Shown here: piece by piece, positions 1 to 9,178 of the stretch
Layout of the letters: the number at the start of each line of letters is the position of its first letter
Position numbering within the stretch: the stretch's first letter is position 1
Origin: an uncultured Actinomycetes bacterium
GTDB lineage: Bacteria > Actinomycetota > Thermoleophilia > UBA2241
Direction of reading: 5' to 3'
NCBI GenBank assembly: GCA_963767005.1
Contig: CAVYCN010000003.1
Location: 64,001-128,000, forward strand
DNA: 64,000 bases
Program-made: the position numbers and the translations under genes
The notes under the pieces: model-generated
Database searches by the model: none
The model's input: the letters and a program-made list of their open reading frames with translations, nothing else
Told to the model about the DNA's origin: nothing

Positions 1-527
1 GTGTCGGCGTGGGCATCACGATGGCGACCACCGCCTCGGCCGCCCTCTCTGAGCTCTCGGCTGACAAGGCGGGCGTGGGCTCGGGCGTCCTGCAGGCCCT
101 CAAGAACGTGGGGGCGCCCTTCGGCGCGGCCGTGCTGGGCAGCGTGCTGGCCGCAAGCTACCGCAGCCACCTCGCTCTGCCCGGTCTGTCTGGCCCCATC
201 GCAGGCGCAGTGCGCGGCAGCGTCTTCGCCGGCCTGGCCGTTGCCGAGAAGCTGGGCACGCCGGCGCTCGCCGTCTCGGTGCGTGGCGCCTTTGTTAGTG
301 GTATGGATGCGGCCCTGTGGGTATCGGTAGGATTCGCTTTAGCCGGCAGCGTCCTGGCCCTGGCCTTCCTGCCCGCGCGAAACGCAGTGCGCGAGACCGC
401 AAGCAAAGGAGCAGACTCCGAAGATGAGCTCATCGTCGCAGAGCAAGCCGACCCGCCTCAGCCTGCGCGAGCGCAAGAAGCTCAAGACCCATCTCGCCAT
501 CCAGCGCCAGGCGCTTCGTCTCTTTAG
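1..527 (+). CDS. MFS (DHA2-type) efflux transporter, C-terminal part (truncated by window edge)
   Basis: Hydrophobic helices and the motif AGVGSGVLQALKNVGAPFGAAVLGSVL...AFVSGMDAALWV typical of 14-TMS MFS C-termini; followed by a TetR gene. Confidence 0.8.
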   Translation, partial: VGVGITMATTASAALSELSADKAGVGSGVLQALKNVGAPFGAAVLGSVLAASYRSHLALPGLSGPIAGAVRGSVFAGLAVAEKLGTPALAVSVRGAFVSGMDAALWVSVGFALAGSVLALAFLPARNAVRETASKGADSEDELIVAEQADPPQPARAQEAQDPSRHPAPGASSL

Positions 528-1032
528 AAAGCAAGGTTACGAGATGACCACGGTCGAGCAGATCGCCGCGGCCGCCGAGGTCTCACAGACCACCTTCTTT
601 CGCTACTTCGGCAGCAAGCAGGACGTCGTGCTCCACGACGCGCTTGACCCGCTGGCGATCGCGGCTCTGGAGGCCCAGCCGGCCGAGCTCTCGCCCGTGC
701 AGGCCCTGCGCCGCGCGGTGCGCGAGGTCTACGCTGGCCTTGACGCCCAGGAGCTTGCTTCAGAGCGCGAACGTCAGACGCTGATCCGCTCCACACCCGA
801 GCTGTGGACCGGCATGCTGAGCGACGTCACGGGCGCACTTGGCATGTTCTGCGAGGTGATCGCGCGGCGCACCGGGCGCAAGGCAGACGACATCGCCGTG
901 CTCACCTTGGCCGGCGCCGTCTTTGGCGCCGGCATCGCGGTCTGGCTCAGCCGCCCCGCCGAGGATGTGGATGACTTTCTCGAGCTCTTCGACGCCGCCT
1001 TAGCCCAGCTCGAGGCGGGCCTGGCCTTGTAA
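424..1032 (+). CDS. TetR family transcriptional regulator
   Basis: LRERKK...ALRLFRKQGYEMTTVEQIAAAAEVSQTTFFRYFGSK helix-turn-helix. Confidence 0.92.
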   Translation: MSSSSQSKPTRLSLRERKKLKTHLAIQRQALRLFRKQGYEMTTVEQIAAAAEVSQTTFFRYFGSKQDVVLHDALDPLAIAALEAQPAELSPVQALRRAVREVYAGLDAQELASERERQTLIRSTPELWTGMLSDVTGALGMFCEVIARRTGRKADDIAVLTLAGAVFGAGIAVWLSRPAEDVDDFLELFDAALAQLEAGLAL

Positions 1033-1225
1033 GGTAGCTCGCATGGTGGACCGCCGTCATGGGCTTGGGCGTGAGCAAGTGGGTCGGCACGCTCTTTGAC
1101 GCGACACTGGGTAACGTTGGCAGCGACGGAGACAGCGGCGCCAGTGACTCGCCGAGCGCCGTCCAGCAGCTCGCCACCGTGATCGGCGCCGCAGCGTGTA
1201 GCAGTAGGGAAGGGTCCGTGCACTC

Positions 1226-1888
1226 ATGAACGACAAGATGACGACGACCGATGGGAGCGTGTCACCCGAGCAGTTCTGGGATGCTCGCTACGGCCAATCC
1301 AACCCGATCTGGAGCGGAGAGCCCAACACTGTTCTCGTGCGTGAGGCGGCGAAGCTGTCGCCCGGAAGAGCCCTTGACCTGGGCTGCGGAGAGGGCGCCG
1401 ACGCCATCTGGCTCGCCCGGCAGGGCTGGCAGGTCACTGCCGTCGACATCTCGCAGATCGCCCTCGACCGCGCTGAGCAACACGCAGCAGCTGCCAGCGT
1501 CGGGCGTCTCATCGACTGGCAACGTTGTGACCTGGGGGCGTCCTTCCCGGCCGGCACCTTCGATCTGGTCTCCGCCCAGTTCCTGCAGTCCGAAGTCGAA
1601 CTGCCTCGCGAGGCGATCCTGAGCGCCGCCGCGGCAGCAGTGGCGCCTGGAGGCATTCTGCTCATCGTCGGGCACGCCGGGCCTCCCTCCTGGGTGAAGC
1701 CCAATCCCAACGTGCAACTGCCTACTTCGGAAGAGGTCATGGCGGCACTGGATCTGTCGATGGACCACTGGGAGCTTCTGCTCAGCGAGGAATACGAGCA
1801 GTGCCTGACGGACCCGGACGGGCAGCCCGCTACGCGCACGAACATCACTCTCGAACTGCGCCGTCTCACAATGAACCCTGTCGCGTAG
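1226..1888 (+). CDS. Class I SAM-dependent methyltransferase
   Basis: FWDARY...WSGEPN, ALDLGCGEGADAIWLA, FDLVSAQFL motifs. Confidence 0.9.
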   Translation: MNDKMTTTDGSVSPEQFWDARYGQSNPIWSGEPNTVLVREAAKLSPGRALDLGCGEGADAIWLARQGWQVTAVDISQIALDRAEQHAAAASVGRLIDWQRCDLGASFPAGTFDLVSAQFLQSEVELPREAILSAAAAAVAPGGILLIVGHAGPPSWVKPNPNVQLPTSEEVMAALDLSMDHWELLLSEEYEQCLTDPDGQPATRTNITLELRRLTMNPVA

Positions 1889-2109
1889 CGCAGGCGACTC
1901 CATGGACGAACGACAAGGCGGGACGCCGGACGGACGGCAAGACTTCTTGTTGAGTCCGACCGACGGGGCGTCGTTCCTTCAACCGACATCTCAGACAACG
2001 GCGACGAGATGTCATCAAGTACAGACAGCGACTCCCCTCTCTCGGTACCCGAGAAGGTGGCATCCTACGTGAGCGCACATCATCAGCTCCGCCCAATAGG
2101 TAGTCGTTC

Positions 2110-3315
2110 GTGAGCAACATGAACTGGTCTTCCCCCGCATCATCCGACTGGACAGACGACGCCTGCCGTCACTGGTTGTGGCGCACGCTCTATAGCGCAG
2201 ATGGCTCAACCTCGTACTGCCCAAGCTGCGAAACGAAGCGAACGTTTCATCGACTGCGCGGCCGGTCGGCTTACAGCTGCAGCGCCTGCGGTCATCAGAT
2301 TGCTCCGACCGCAGGAACGATCTTCCACAAGTCCAAGACCTCACTGGCACTGTGGTTTCGGGCAGTTGCGCTAGCCGCCGATAGTGACCGGCGCGTGACC
2401 GCTCGCGAACTCGCTCAGACGCTCGGCGTCAGCTACCGCACGGCGCGCAGAATGCTCGGAATCATCCGGAGTGAGCTTGCAAGGCGCGATCGAGAGGCTA
2501 ATCGCACTGGAGTCGATGATCCAGCGGGGTCGCCAGGGGCATCCGCGAGGTCTGGCAGCGATCGTGACTTGTTCGGGCTCATCTTAGACGAGTCTAGGTC
2601 TCCTGAACCATCGTGGGCGCAACGGGCAACAGGTCGCTCCGCCCCGAGTGAGCGACAGGGCAGCCCGTCGCGGTTCGCGTCAGTCCGCGACGCCACAAGA
2701 GAGCGAATCCTTGCCGCGACCTGTCGGGCGATAGTGGCAAAGGGCATGGCGGCCGTGCGCGTCAGCGATATCGCCAGGGACGCAGGACTTTCCACCGCAA
2801 CCGTTCACTACTACTTCGAGACCAGAGACGACGTCCTGTTCGCTGCAGCGAAATGGCATAACCTGCGCGAAACTCTGCGCCGTGCGGAAATCGTCGAGAG
2901 CAATCTCTCGCCTGTGGCCAAGTTGCTGTCGTTCCTTGAGGCCTCTATGCCACCAAACGGGTTCGGACGCGACGAGGCCTTGATCAGGTACGACTTGTGG
3001 GGCCGCGCGATGCGAGATGCCCGCTACCGAGAGATCCTCCAGCCCCTGCGCGAGGAGTGGCGGAGTCAGGTGGTGGCGATTCTCAACGAGGGAGTTCTCT
3101 CGGGCGACTTTCGCACAGAAGTGTCGTTTGATCTTGAAGTCGAGGAGTTCTTGGCCGTCCTTGACAGCTACTCGTTCCAGTACCTGATCGGCTACGAATG
3201 GATGACCGCCGAGCGCATGTGGGCCCTCCTCACGGACTTCACTCGTCGTCACCTTGGCATCTCAGATAGCAGGATGCGAGAGGCGAGAGCAAGCCTCGAA
3301 GACACGGACAGTTAA
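2110..3315 (+). CDS. Fusion regulator: IS1595-like Zn-ribbon/HTH N-terminus plus TetR/BetI-like C-terminus
   Basis: CPSC...CSACGHQIAPTAGTIFHKSKTSLALWF (IS1595 transposase N-terminal style), then RERILAATCRAIVAKGMAAVRVSDIARDAGLSTATVHYYFETRDD TetR HTH. Confidence 0.8.
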   Translation: MSNMNWSSPASSDWTDDACRHWLWRTLYSADGSTSYCPSCETKRTFHRLRGRSAYSCSACGHQIAPTAGTIFHKSKTSLALWFRAVALAADSDRRVTARELAQTLGVSYRTARRMLGIIRSELARRDREANRTGVDDPAGSPGASARSGSDRDLFGLILDESRSPEPSWAQRATGRSAPSERQGSPSRFASVRDATRERILAATCRAIVAKGMAAVRVSDIARDAGLSTATVHYYFETRDDVLFAAAKWHNLRETLRRAEIVESNLSPVAKLLSFLEASMPPNGFGRDEALIRYDLWGRAMRDARYREILQPLREEWRSQVVAILNEGVLSGDFRTEVSFDLEVEEFLAVLDSYSFQYLIGYEWMTAERMWALLTDFTRRHLGISDSRMREARASLEDTDS

Positions 3316-3346
3316 ACCAGACTCCGGCGCTCACGTGGTTTTGCCG

Positions 3347-3454
3347 TAACGTGGGTTAACTGTCACTCTCCCAGAATCTCCACCGGTCACTCAGACTTCG
3401 AACCGTGCACCCTGCTTCTGCCTGATTGACCTTTAACCCACGTTATACTAATCT
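3347..3454 (+). promoter_or_regulatory. Sigma70-type promoter with overlapping 13-bp inverted operator pair
   Basis: TTGACC (3426-3431), 17 bp, TAATCT (3449-3454); TAACGTGGGTTAA (3347-3359) and its reverse complement TTAACCCACGTTA (3433-3445). Confidence 0.6.
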
Positions 3455-3511
3455 TCGAGTCAGTCATTGTAGCTCGGTCTGCCGGACGAACCCACATGCC
3501 AAGGAGGGGAC

Positions 3512-3709
3512 ATGTTCAGCGTCTATGACGCGCAGATCATGAAAGAGGTGAAAGAGCGTCTGAGGCCGCCGTCAGAAGCCGAATACAACCGAGTGACCGC
3601 CACCTGGCTGTTTGGCAAGAACGCGGAAAAGATGCTCCAGTACGCACCGTTCAGTTTCATTCTCACGAAGCTCATGTGGCGAAGGGGTGAAGAGCCGTGG
3701 GCGAAGTAG
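3512..3709 (+). CDS. Small hypothetical protein (65 aa) leading the corrinoid/UroD operon
   Basis: Strong RBS AAGGAGGGG before ATG; overlaps the next gene start. Confidence 0.6.
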   Translation: MFSVYDAQIMKEVKERLRPPSEAEYNRVTATWLFGKNAEKMLQYAPFSFILTKLMWRRGEEPWAK

Positions 3710-4344
3710 CGCAGGCTATCGCGGCCCTCGACGCCGCATCCGCACGCTCCGCAACGAGACAAGCCTTGGACGCCGGCATCGACGCTATGTCGCTTCTGGA
3801 GGACGCTCGTCTCGGGCTGCAGGAAGTCGGTGATCGTTTCGACCGGGGCGAGTACTACCTGGTTGAGCTCGTGCGCGCGTCTCAAGTCTTCCAAGAGGTG
3901 GCGCAGCTCCTGAATCCGGAACTGCAGGCTCGGTACGGCAACGCAACGACTCGAGGCAAAGTGTTGCTTGGCACCGTGGCAGGCGACATCCACGACCTCG
4001 GCAAGAGCATCGTCAAGGTCTTGCTCGAGTGTCGTGGCGTCGAAGTGATGGACCTTGGCGTCGACGTGCCTGCCGAGAGGTTCATCGAAGCCGTGCGGGC
4101 GTTTCAGCCCCAGGTTGTTGGCATGTCGGCCCTTCTCACGGCGGCCATTCCCCAGTTTCGCTCGACTCTTGACGCCATGGCCGCCGCGGGAGTGCGAGAC
4201 AGCGTGAGAGTAATCGTGGGAGGGGGCACGGTCGCGGATCTCCACAAATCTGAGGTAGCTGCAGACCACGTCGCCAGTGACGCCAGCGAAGGTGTCGAGA
4301 AGATGCTGACCTGGCTCGATTCGGTACCCCCTACCGCCAGGTGA
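3697..4344 (+). CDS. Corrinoid (B12-binding) methyltransferase cognate protein
   Basis: GDIHDLGK (DxHxxG) motif, cap domain (VGDRFDRGEYYLVEL), VVGMSALLT, VIVGGG. Confidence 0.92.
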   Translation: MGEVAQAIAALDAASARSATRQALDAGIDAMSLLEDARLGLQEVGDRFDRGEYYLVELVRASQVFQEVAQLLNPELQARYGNATTRGKVLLGTVAGDIHDLGKSIVKVLLECRGVEVMDLGVDVPAERFIEAVRAFQPQVVGMSALLTAAIPQFRSTLDAMAAAGVRDSVRVIVGGGTVADLHKSEVAADHVASDASEGVEKMLTWLDSVPPTAR

Positions 4345-4354
4345 GGAGGCGGTC

Positions 4355-5515
4355 ATGCCAGAAACGATGTCGCACTACGAGCGCATGCGAGCGGCCTGGA
4401 ACTGCGAGATCCCTGATCGTGTTCCCGTCATGCCCATGACGCTCTTCGTCGTCGCCCGCCAAGGCGGGATAACCATAGGTGAGTTCATCCGAGAGCCCGA
4501 GAAGTTCTTACGGGCAGCCCTGGACTGCCTGGACTTCATCGGCGACGCGCAACACCCGGGCATCAATGGCGCCAATCACATGTCACTGCTCGGCCATGCG
4601 GGCTGGGACATGACGACACTGGACTGGCGGCTCTGGGACGAGTTCCCTCCAAACGGCAACCTGCCGAGCATCTACGAGAAGATTCTCATCGACGACTACG
4701 ACGATGTCATGGACCGTGGGTTTGCCACAGTCATCTTCTCGACTGCCATAGAGAACGGTGTGCACAATCGTTCCATTGACGACTTCCTCTACTACCAGTT
4801 TGAACACACCAAGGTGATCTCTTCGCTGTGGCACCGGTTCTACCAAGAGACCGGCATCCCCATCCTCATGGGTGCCCGCGCGGAGCATCCTCTGGACATG
4901 CTGCAGTCATATCGTGGCATCAATCAGCTTGTGGAAGACATGTACACCGTCCCAGACAAGCTGCTTGATTTCATGAGCTGGCTTGCTGACTACGAGGTCA
5001 TGCAGGCCACCCGAGAAGCTCTCACCATGGGTGCCGGCGAGTTGCCGGGTGCCGAGAACGTCTTCTTCTACAACGGCGCGCCCCCTGGGCTGCCACCGGG
5101 ACTCTACGACGAGCTCTATCTCCCCATAGCACGGAAGATGATCAACGCCTGGGTCGACCGCGGATTCAACGTCTGGTGCCATTTCGACAACGACCAGACC
5201 CCTCATCTGGAGAGCATCAAGACATTCGCCGATGGCATCCCCAGGGGAAGAGTGCTGCTTGACTTCGAGAAGACCAACATGAAGCAAGCCAAGGAAGTTC
5301 TCGGCGGCACGCTGGCAATCTGTGGCAACGTGCCGTCGATGCTGCTGGTCTATGGCACACCGGACGAGGTCGACGCCTACTGCAAGAAGCTCATCGAGGA
5401 CTGTGCGCCCGGAGGCGGCTACGTGCTGGGCGTCGAATGCGAAACTCCTTGGGACGCGAAACGCGAGAACATCGTCGCGATGAAAGAGGCTGCCACCAAG
5501 TACGGAATGTACTGA
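4355..5515 (+). CDS. Uroporphyrinogen decarboxylase-family methyltransferase (MtaA/CmuA-like)
   Basis: PDRVPV N-terminus, HFD, AKEVLGGTLAICGNVP, LLVYGTPDEVDAYCKKLIEDCAPGGGYVLGVEC; adjacent to a corrinoid protein. Confidence 0.85.
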   Translation: MPETMSHYERMRAAWNCEIPDRVPVMPMTLFVVARQGGITIGEFIREPEKFLRAALDCLDFIGDAQHPGINGANHMSLLGHAGWDMTTLDWRLWDEFPPNGNLPSIYEKILIDDYDDVMDRGFATVIFSTAIENGVHNRSIDDFLYYQFEHTKVISSLWHRFYQETGIPILMGARAEHPLDMLQSYRGINQLVEDMYTVPDKLLDFMSWLADYEVMQATREALTMGAGELPGAENVFFYNGAPPGLPPGLYDELYLPIARKMINAWVDRGFNVWCHFDNDQTPHLESIKTFADGIPRGRVLLDFEKTNMKQAKEVLGGTLAICGNVPSMLLVYGTPDEVDAYCKKLIEDCAPGGGYVLGVECETPWDAKRENIVAMKEAATKYGMY

Positions 5516-5531
5516 GTCGCAAGTGCATGCT

Positions 5532-5572
5532 CACGGGCGTGAGCTCGCCTAGAACGCGGGCTCACGCCCGTG
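5532..5572. terminator. Hairpin between convergent genes (probable bidirectional terminator)
   Basis: CACGGGCGTGAGC ... GCTCACGCCCGTG 13-bp inverted repeat. Confidence 0.55.
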
Positions 5573-6653
5573 TCTGTGCGCCAGAAGCCCCGCTCTTCAA
5601 GAGTTGGCCACGAACGGCCGGCATCTGCGCGTGGCGATCGCGACCGGCGGCAGACCCCGCCGCTACGGCGCCGGGCACGATGCGGGTGCCCGAGCGCCCG
5701 TCCATGGCCGGCACGACCTCGGTCAGGCCGGCGATGATCGAGGTGCCGCCCTCGCGGGCGAAGCGCAGGCAGGCGTTGACCTTGGGCCCCATCGAGCCGG
5801 CCTTGAAGTGGCCGGCGGCGGCGTACTCTTCCATCTCGGCGACCGTGACCTGGTCGAGGGCACGCTGCTCGGGCGTGTTGTACCCCAGGTAGACCTTGGG
5901 CACGTCGGTCAGGATGAGCAGCACGTCGGCGCCGACCTGGCGCGCGAGCAGGGCGGCGGCGAGATCCTTGTCGATGACCGCCGCGATGCCGTGGAGCTGG
6001 CCGCCCCGCTGGCGCACGACCGGTATGCCGCCGCCGCCCGAGCAGATCACGAGGCTGCCGGCCGCGATGAGGGCTGCGATCGCCGGGCCCGGTACGATCT
6101 CGCGGGGCTCGGGGCTGGGCACCACACGACGCCAGCCGCGGCCGGCGTCCTCGCGCATGGCCAGGCCCTCTTCGATCATCATCTTCTGGGCCTCGGCGGC
6201 GGTGTAGAACGGCCCGACCGGCTTTGACGGGTCGGCGAAGGCCGGGTCGGCGGCGTCGACCGCCACCTGCGTGAGCACCGTGGCGACCGGCGCGGCGAGC
6301 CGGCGCCGCGCCAGGTGGTTGCAGAGCGCCTGCTCGAGCATGTAGCCGATCTGGCCCTGGCTCTCGGCCCCGCAGACGTCCATGGGCATGGGCGCCACGG
6401 TCGAGGCGGCCAGGGCGTTCTGGATGAGCAGGTTGCCCACCTGCGGCCCGTTGCCGTGCGTCAGCACGACCTCCCAGCCCGCTTCGACGAGCTCGGCGAT
6501 GCGGCGCATCGCGGCGTCGACGTTGACGAGCTGCTCCTCGAAGGTGCCGAGCTGGCCGGGCTGCAGGATGGCGTTGCCGCCGAGGGCCACCACCACGGTC
6601 TTGCCGGCGCCTTTGCGGGCGCGCTGCGCTGCGGCTCCGACCGGCGGCGTCAT
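5562..6653 (-). CDS. arcC: Carbamate kinase
   Basis: VVALGGNA, THGNGPQVG, CGAESQGQIGY, EDAGRGWRRVVPSP, GGGGIPV, AVIDKD, GSMGPK. Confidence 0.96.
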   Translation of the reverse strand: MTPPVGAAAQRARKGAGKTVVVALGGNAILQPGQLGTFEEQLVNVDAAMRRIAELVEAGWEVVLTHGNGPQVGNLLIQNALAASTVAPMPMDVCGAESQGQIGYMLEQALCNHLARRRLAAPVATVLTQVAVDAADPAFADPSKPVGPFYTAAEAQKMMIEEGLAMREDAGRGWRRVVPSPEPREIVPGPAIAALIAAGSLVICSGGGGIPVVRQRGGQLHGIAAVIDKDLAAALLARQVGADVLLILTDVPKVYLGYNTPEQRALDQVTVAEMEEYAAAGHFKAGSMGPKVNACLRFAREGGTSIIAGLTEVVPAMDGRSGTRIVPGAVAAGSAAGRDRHAQMPAVRGQLLKSGASGAQTRA

Positions 6654-6720
6654 GAGACGCGCCTCGAGCCGCTGGACATCGTGCTGCGGCGGGCTGCTGC
6701 CATGGTCGCCGGCCCTGCGA

Positions 6721-6837
6721 TCAGGCGAGCAGGGCCGCGCCGACGTCGCGCAGCCGCGGGTCGGCCGGCAGCTCGTCGATGCCGATCAGCGCCAGCATGA
6801 GGCCCTTCTGGAAGTGCAGGCGGTTCTGCGCCTGCGG
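6721..6837 (-). pseudogene. C-terminal remnant of an ornithine/putrescine-type carbamoyltransferase
   Basis: Manual translation PQAQNRLHFQKGLMLALIGIDELPADPRLRDVGAALLA* matches the QAENRLH..K.L C-terminal motif; directly upstream of arcC. Confidence 0.7.
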
Positions 6838-6863
6838 ACTGCTGCCCAGAAGACGCATCGTCC

Positions 6864-8366
6864 TCAGGGAAGATCGGCCGACAGCAGCGCCCGCTCATAC
6901 GGGCCCCACTCGTCCTCAGCGATCAGACCGTTGCCGCGGTAGTAATCGCGTGCCTCAGAGAGAATCTGCTCAACCTCGGCTTCTTGTTCTGCGCTAAGGG
7001 GCGCAGCTCTGTGGCTGGCCAGGATGTCCCCGGCCTTCTCCCTGGCACGTTGCACGATGTCGGTCTTGCCGCCACGGACCCAGTCAACGTGAGTGCCCCA
7101 GTCCGCCACGAACGGGTTATAGCGGTTGTACGCCCAGTACTTCCTCGTCAAGGGTCGGTTCATGAAGCTGGCCGGCGCCGTGCCGACTTCAAGCGACTCA
7201 TCAAGAGCGAGCGTCTCGTCATCGATCTCGCTTCCCTGAAGGAAGCGACCGATCGAGCCAGCGATATCCTCATCGAGAACCTGAAGAACGTTGCTATAAC
7301 CCAGTTCTCCGGCGAAGCTGCCCTGCAGAGTGTGCAGGTGGCTTCCCGTCATGACGGAGAACAGCAGACCGAGAGACTTCTCCATGCCCGCCTGGTAGTC
7401 GAACATCTTGGCCTGTCCACAGAACCCTGCAGCAGTCGTCACAGGCAGTCCGAACTCTCGACACATCTGGTTGGCCATGGCACGCGCGTACCACGTCTCC
7501 GGGGCGCACGAGAGGCCATGGGCCCACTTGGTGTGCACCACACCGTCACAGGGGTGCAGGCCAAGCGGCGTCCCTCTGTGGATGAGCTGGGTAATCACGG
7601 CGAACGCAATGGTGCCGGCCCAAGACTGGACGATGACGCTGGGAAGGGGACCTGGCGCCGTTGCACCCGCACGACCACCGGGCGAAGCCCAGACACACCA
7701 ACCCAACTCAGCGAATCGCCAAATCGCCTCGAGAGCCTCGTCTCCGAACGCCACCGGTGGGGCAACGTCGATCTCGGCATCGAGCGTGGCGCCAACCGCT
7801 TGAGCCATCCTGATCGCAAACTGATCGGCATCTTTCATGTAGCCGAAGTGCTGCGGCTTGACCGAGTAGCGTAGACCGTTGGCCAGGCCTTCGAGCTGCT
7901 GCATGATGCCCGGCACGCCCTCCAAATCGGTGAAGCTAAAGAGGGCGTCCATGACGTGGACGTTGGGCAGGGCGTCGCCGACGATCTGCACCTCGGCATG
8001 CTCACGCAAGGTTGCCGGACGAAGCTCCCAGGTGTCGGGGTCGACATAGCGCATGCCCATGCCCTGAAGGAAGTGCACTCTATCGCCGCCAACGTGGACG
8101 TCGAAGCGTCGGTCGCGTGCCTTGATGTGATAGCCAGACGGAACGGCCGCAAGACACTCCTCGGCGAGCCCCGGCTCTATGCGGACCAGATCATTGGCCT
8201 GATCAACGGCACACCCGGCCTCACGAAGCAGCTCGATCGTGCGTGCATGCCGAACAAAGACGCCACCGCTCTGCAGGAGCTCAAGAGCATCCTGATGGAT
8301 ACAAGAAACCTCTCTCTTAGAGAGAACGTCGACGGGCGCGAAACGACGTACATAGCCGGACTGCAT
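6864..8366 (-). CDS. Trimethylamine methyltransferase (MttB) superfamily protein, non-pyrrolysine
   Basis: IHQDALELLQSGGV, GATAPGPL, APET, AKMFDYQAGMEK motifs; no in-frame TAG; next to a corrinoid protein. Confidence 0.88.
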   Translation of the reverse strand: MQSGYVRRFAPVDVLSKREVSCIHQDALELLQSGGVFVRHARTIELLREAGCAVDQANDLVRIEPGLAEECLAAVPSGYHIKARDRRFDVHVGGDRVHFLQGMGMRYVDPDTWELRPATLREHAEVQIVGDALPNVHVMDALFSFTDLEGVPGIMQQLEGLANGLRYSVKPQHFGYMKDADQFAIRMAQAVGATLDAEIDVAPPVAFGDEALEAIWRFAELGWCVWASPGGRAGATAPGPLPSVIVQSWAGTIAFAVITQLIHRGTPLGLHPCDGVVHTKWAHGLSCAPETWYARAMANQMCREFGLPVTTAAGFCGQAKMFDYQAGMEKSLGLLFSVMTGSHLHTLQGSFAGELGYSNVLQVLDEDIAGSIGRFLQGSEIDDETLALDESLEVGTAPASFMNRPLTRKYWAYNRYNPFVADWGTHVDWVRGGKTDIVQRAREKAGDILASHRAAPLSAEQEAEVEQILSEARDYYRGNGLIAEDEWGPYERALLSADLP

Positions 8367-8380
8367 CTTCAGGGCTCCTC

Positions 8381-9022
8381 TCAGACAGCGCCGACGAAGG
8401 ATTTGGCCAGCTCAACGGCTCCAGGTGCCGACGGTTCATAGCCGTCGGCGCCGATCTTGGCCGCGAAATCGGCGTTGATCGCACCCCCGCCCACCATGAC
8501 CTTGACCTTGTCACGCAGGCCAGCGTCCACGAGCATCTGGATCACTCGTCGGTCCTCAGCCGACGTGACGGTCAACAGTGCCGAAAGAGCCAGGACGTTG
8601 GCTTCGCCTTCACGCACCGCCTCGACGAAGCGCTCCGCGTCAACATCGATGCCGAGGTACTGCACATCGAACCCGGCGGCCAGTAGCAGCGTGCAAACCA
8701 TCTCGATGCCGATGGAGTGGATGTCGCCATGGACGGTCCCCGCGACGACCCTGCCCAGAGACTGCCTCTTGCCCCCCTCGGCCTTCAGAGCCTCTTCCAG
8801 GATGGGAGTCGCCGCCTTCATCGCATCAGCGGCTCCAATTAGATCCGGCAGCCATCGCGTCCCTGCCTCGAAGTCGTCGCCGATCGTCTTGATGGTCTGC
8901 GTCATGACGTCAAAGGCAGCGAGCGGATCGATGCCCTCGGCGATGGCGCCCTTGGCACACTCGGCAGCGGAAACCGCGTCATATTCATCTATGGCCTTTG
9001 CAAGGCCACTCAGCCTGTCCAC
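8381..9022 (-). CDS. Corrinoid methyltransferase cognate protein
   Basis: GDIHSIG motif, WLPDLIGAADAMK, LSALLT, VMVGGG, IGADGY. Confidence 0.93.
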   Translation of the reverse strand: MDRLSGLAKAIDEYDAVSAAECAKGAIAEGIDPLAAFDVMTQTIKTIGDDFEAGTRWLPDLIGAADAMKAATPILEEALKAEGGKRQSLGRVVAGTVHGDIHSIGIEMVCTLLLAAGFDVQYLGIDVDAERFVEAVREGEANVLALSALLTVTSAEDRRVIQMLVDAGLRDKVKVMVGGGAINADFAAKIGADGYEPSAPGAVELAKSFVGAV

Positions 9023-9178
9023 GAGGTCCCTCCACGATCAGCAGATTGGACGCCCACAATGCGTGGGGTCAGGGTGAGACGGTCTACCGCCGTGGCCCGA
9101 ATGGGCCACCTTGGCGCCGGCGGATTCGTCCAGCTGCGCCGACGAACCCAGACAGATGACTACTCGAAGGGCGCACGA

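Noticed and set aside
1903-1980. Degenerate GGACG(A/G)ACG(A/G)CAAG repeats upstream of the fusion regulator
   Set aside because: Too short and degenerate to call; possible operator but unsupported.
2110-2480. Active IS1595 element
   Set aside because: No DDE catalytic domain or terminal inverted repeats seen.
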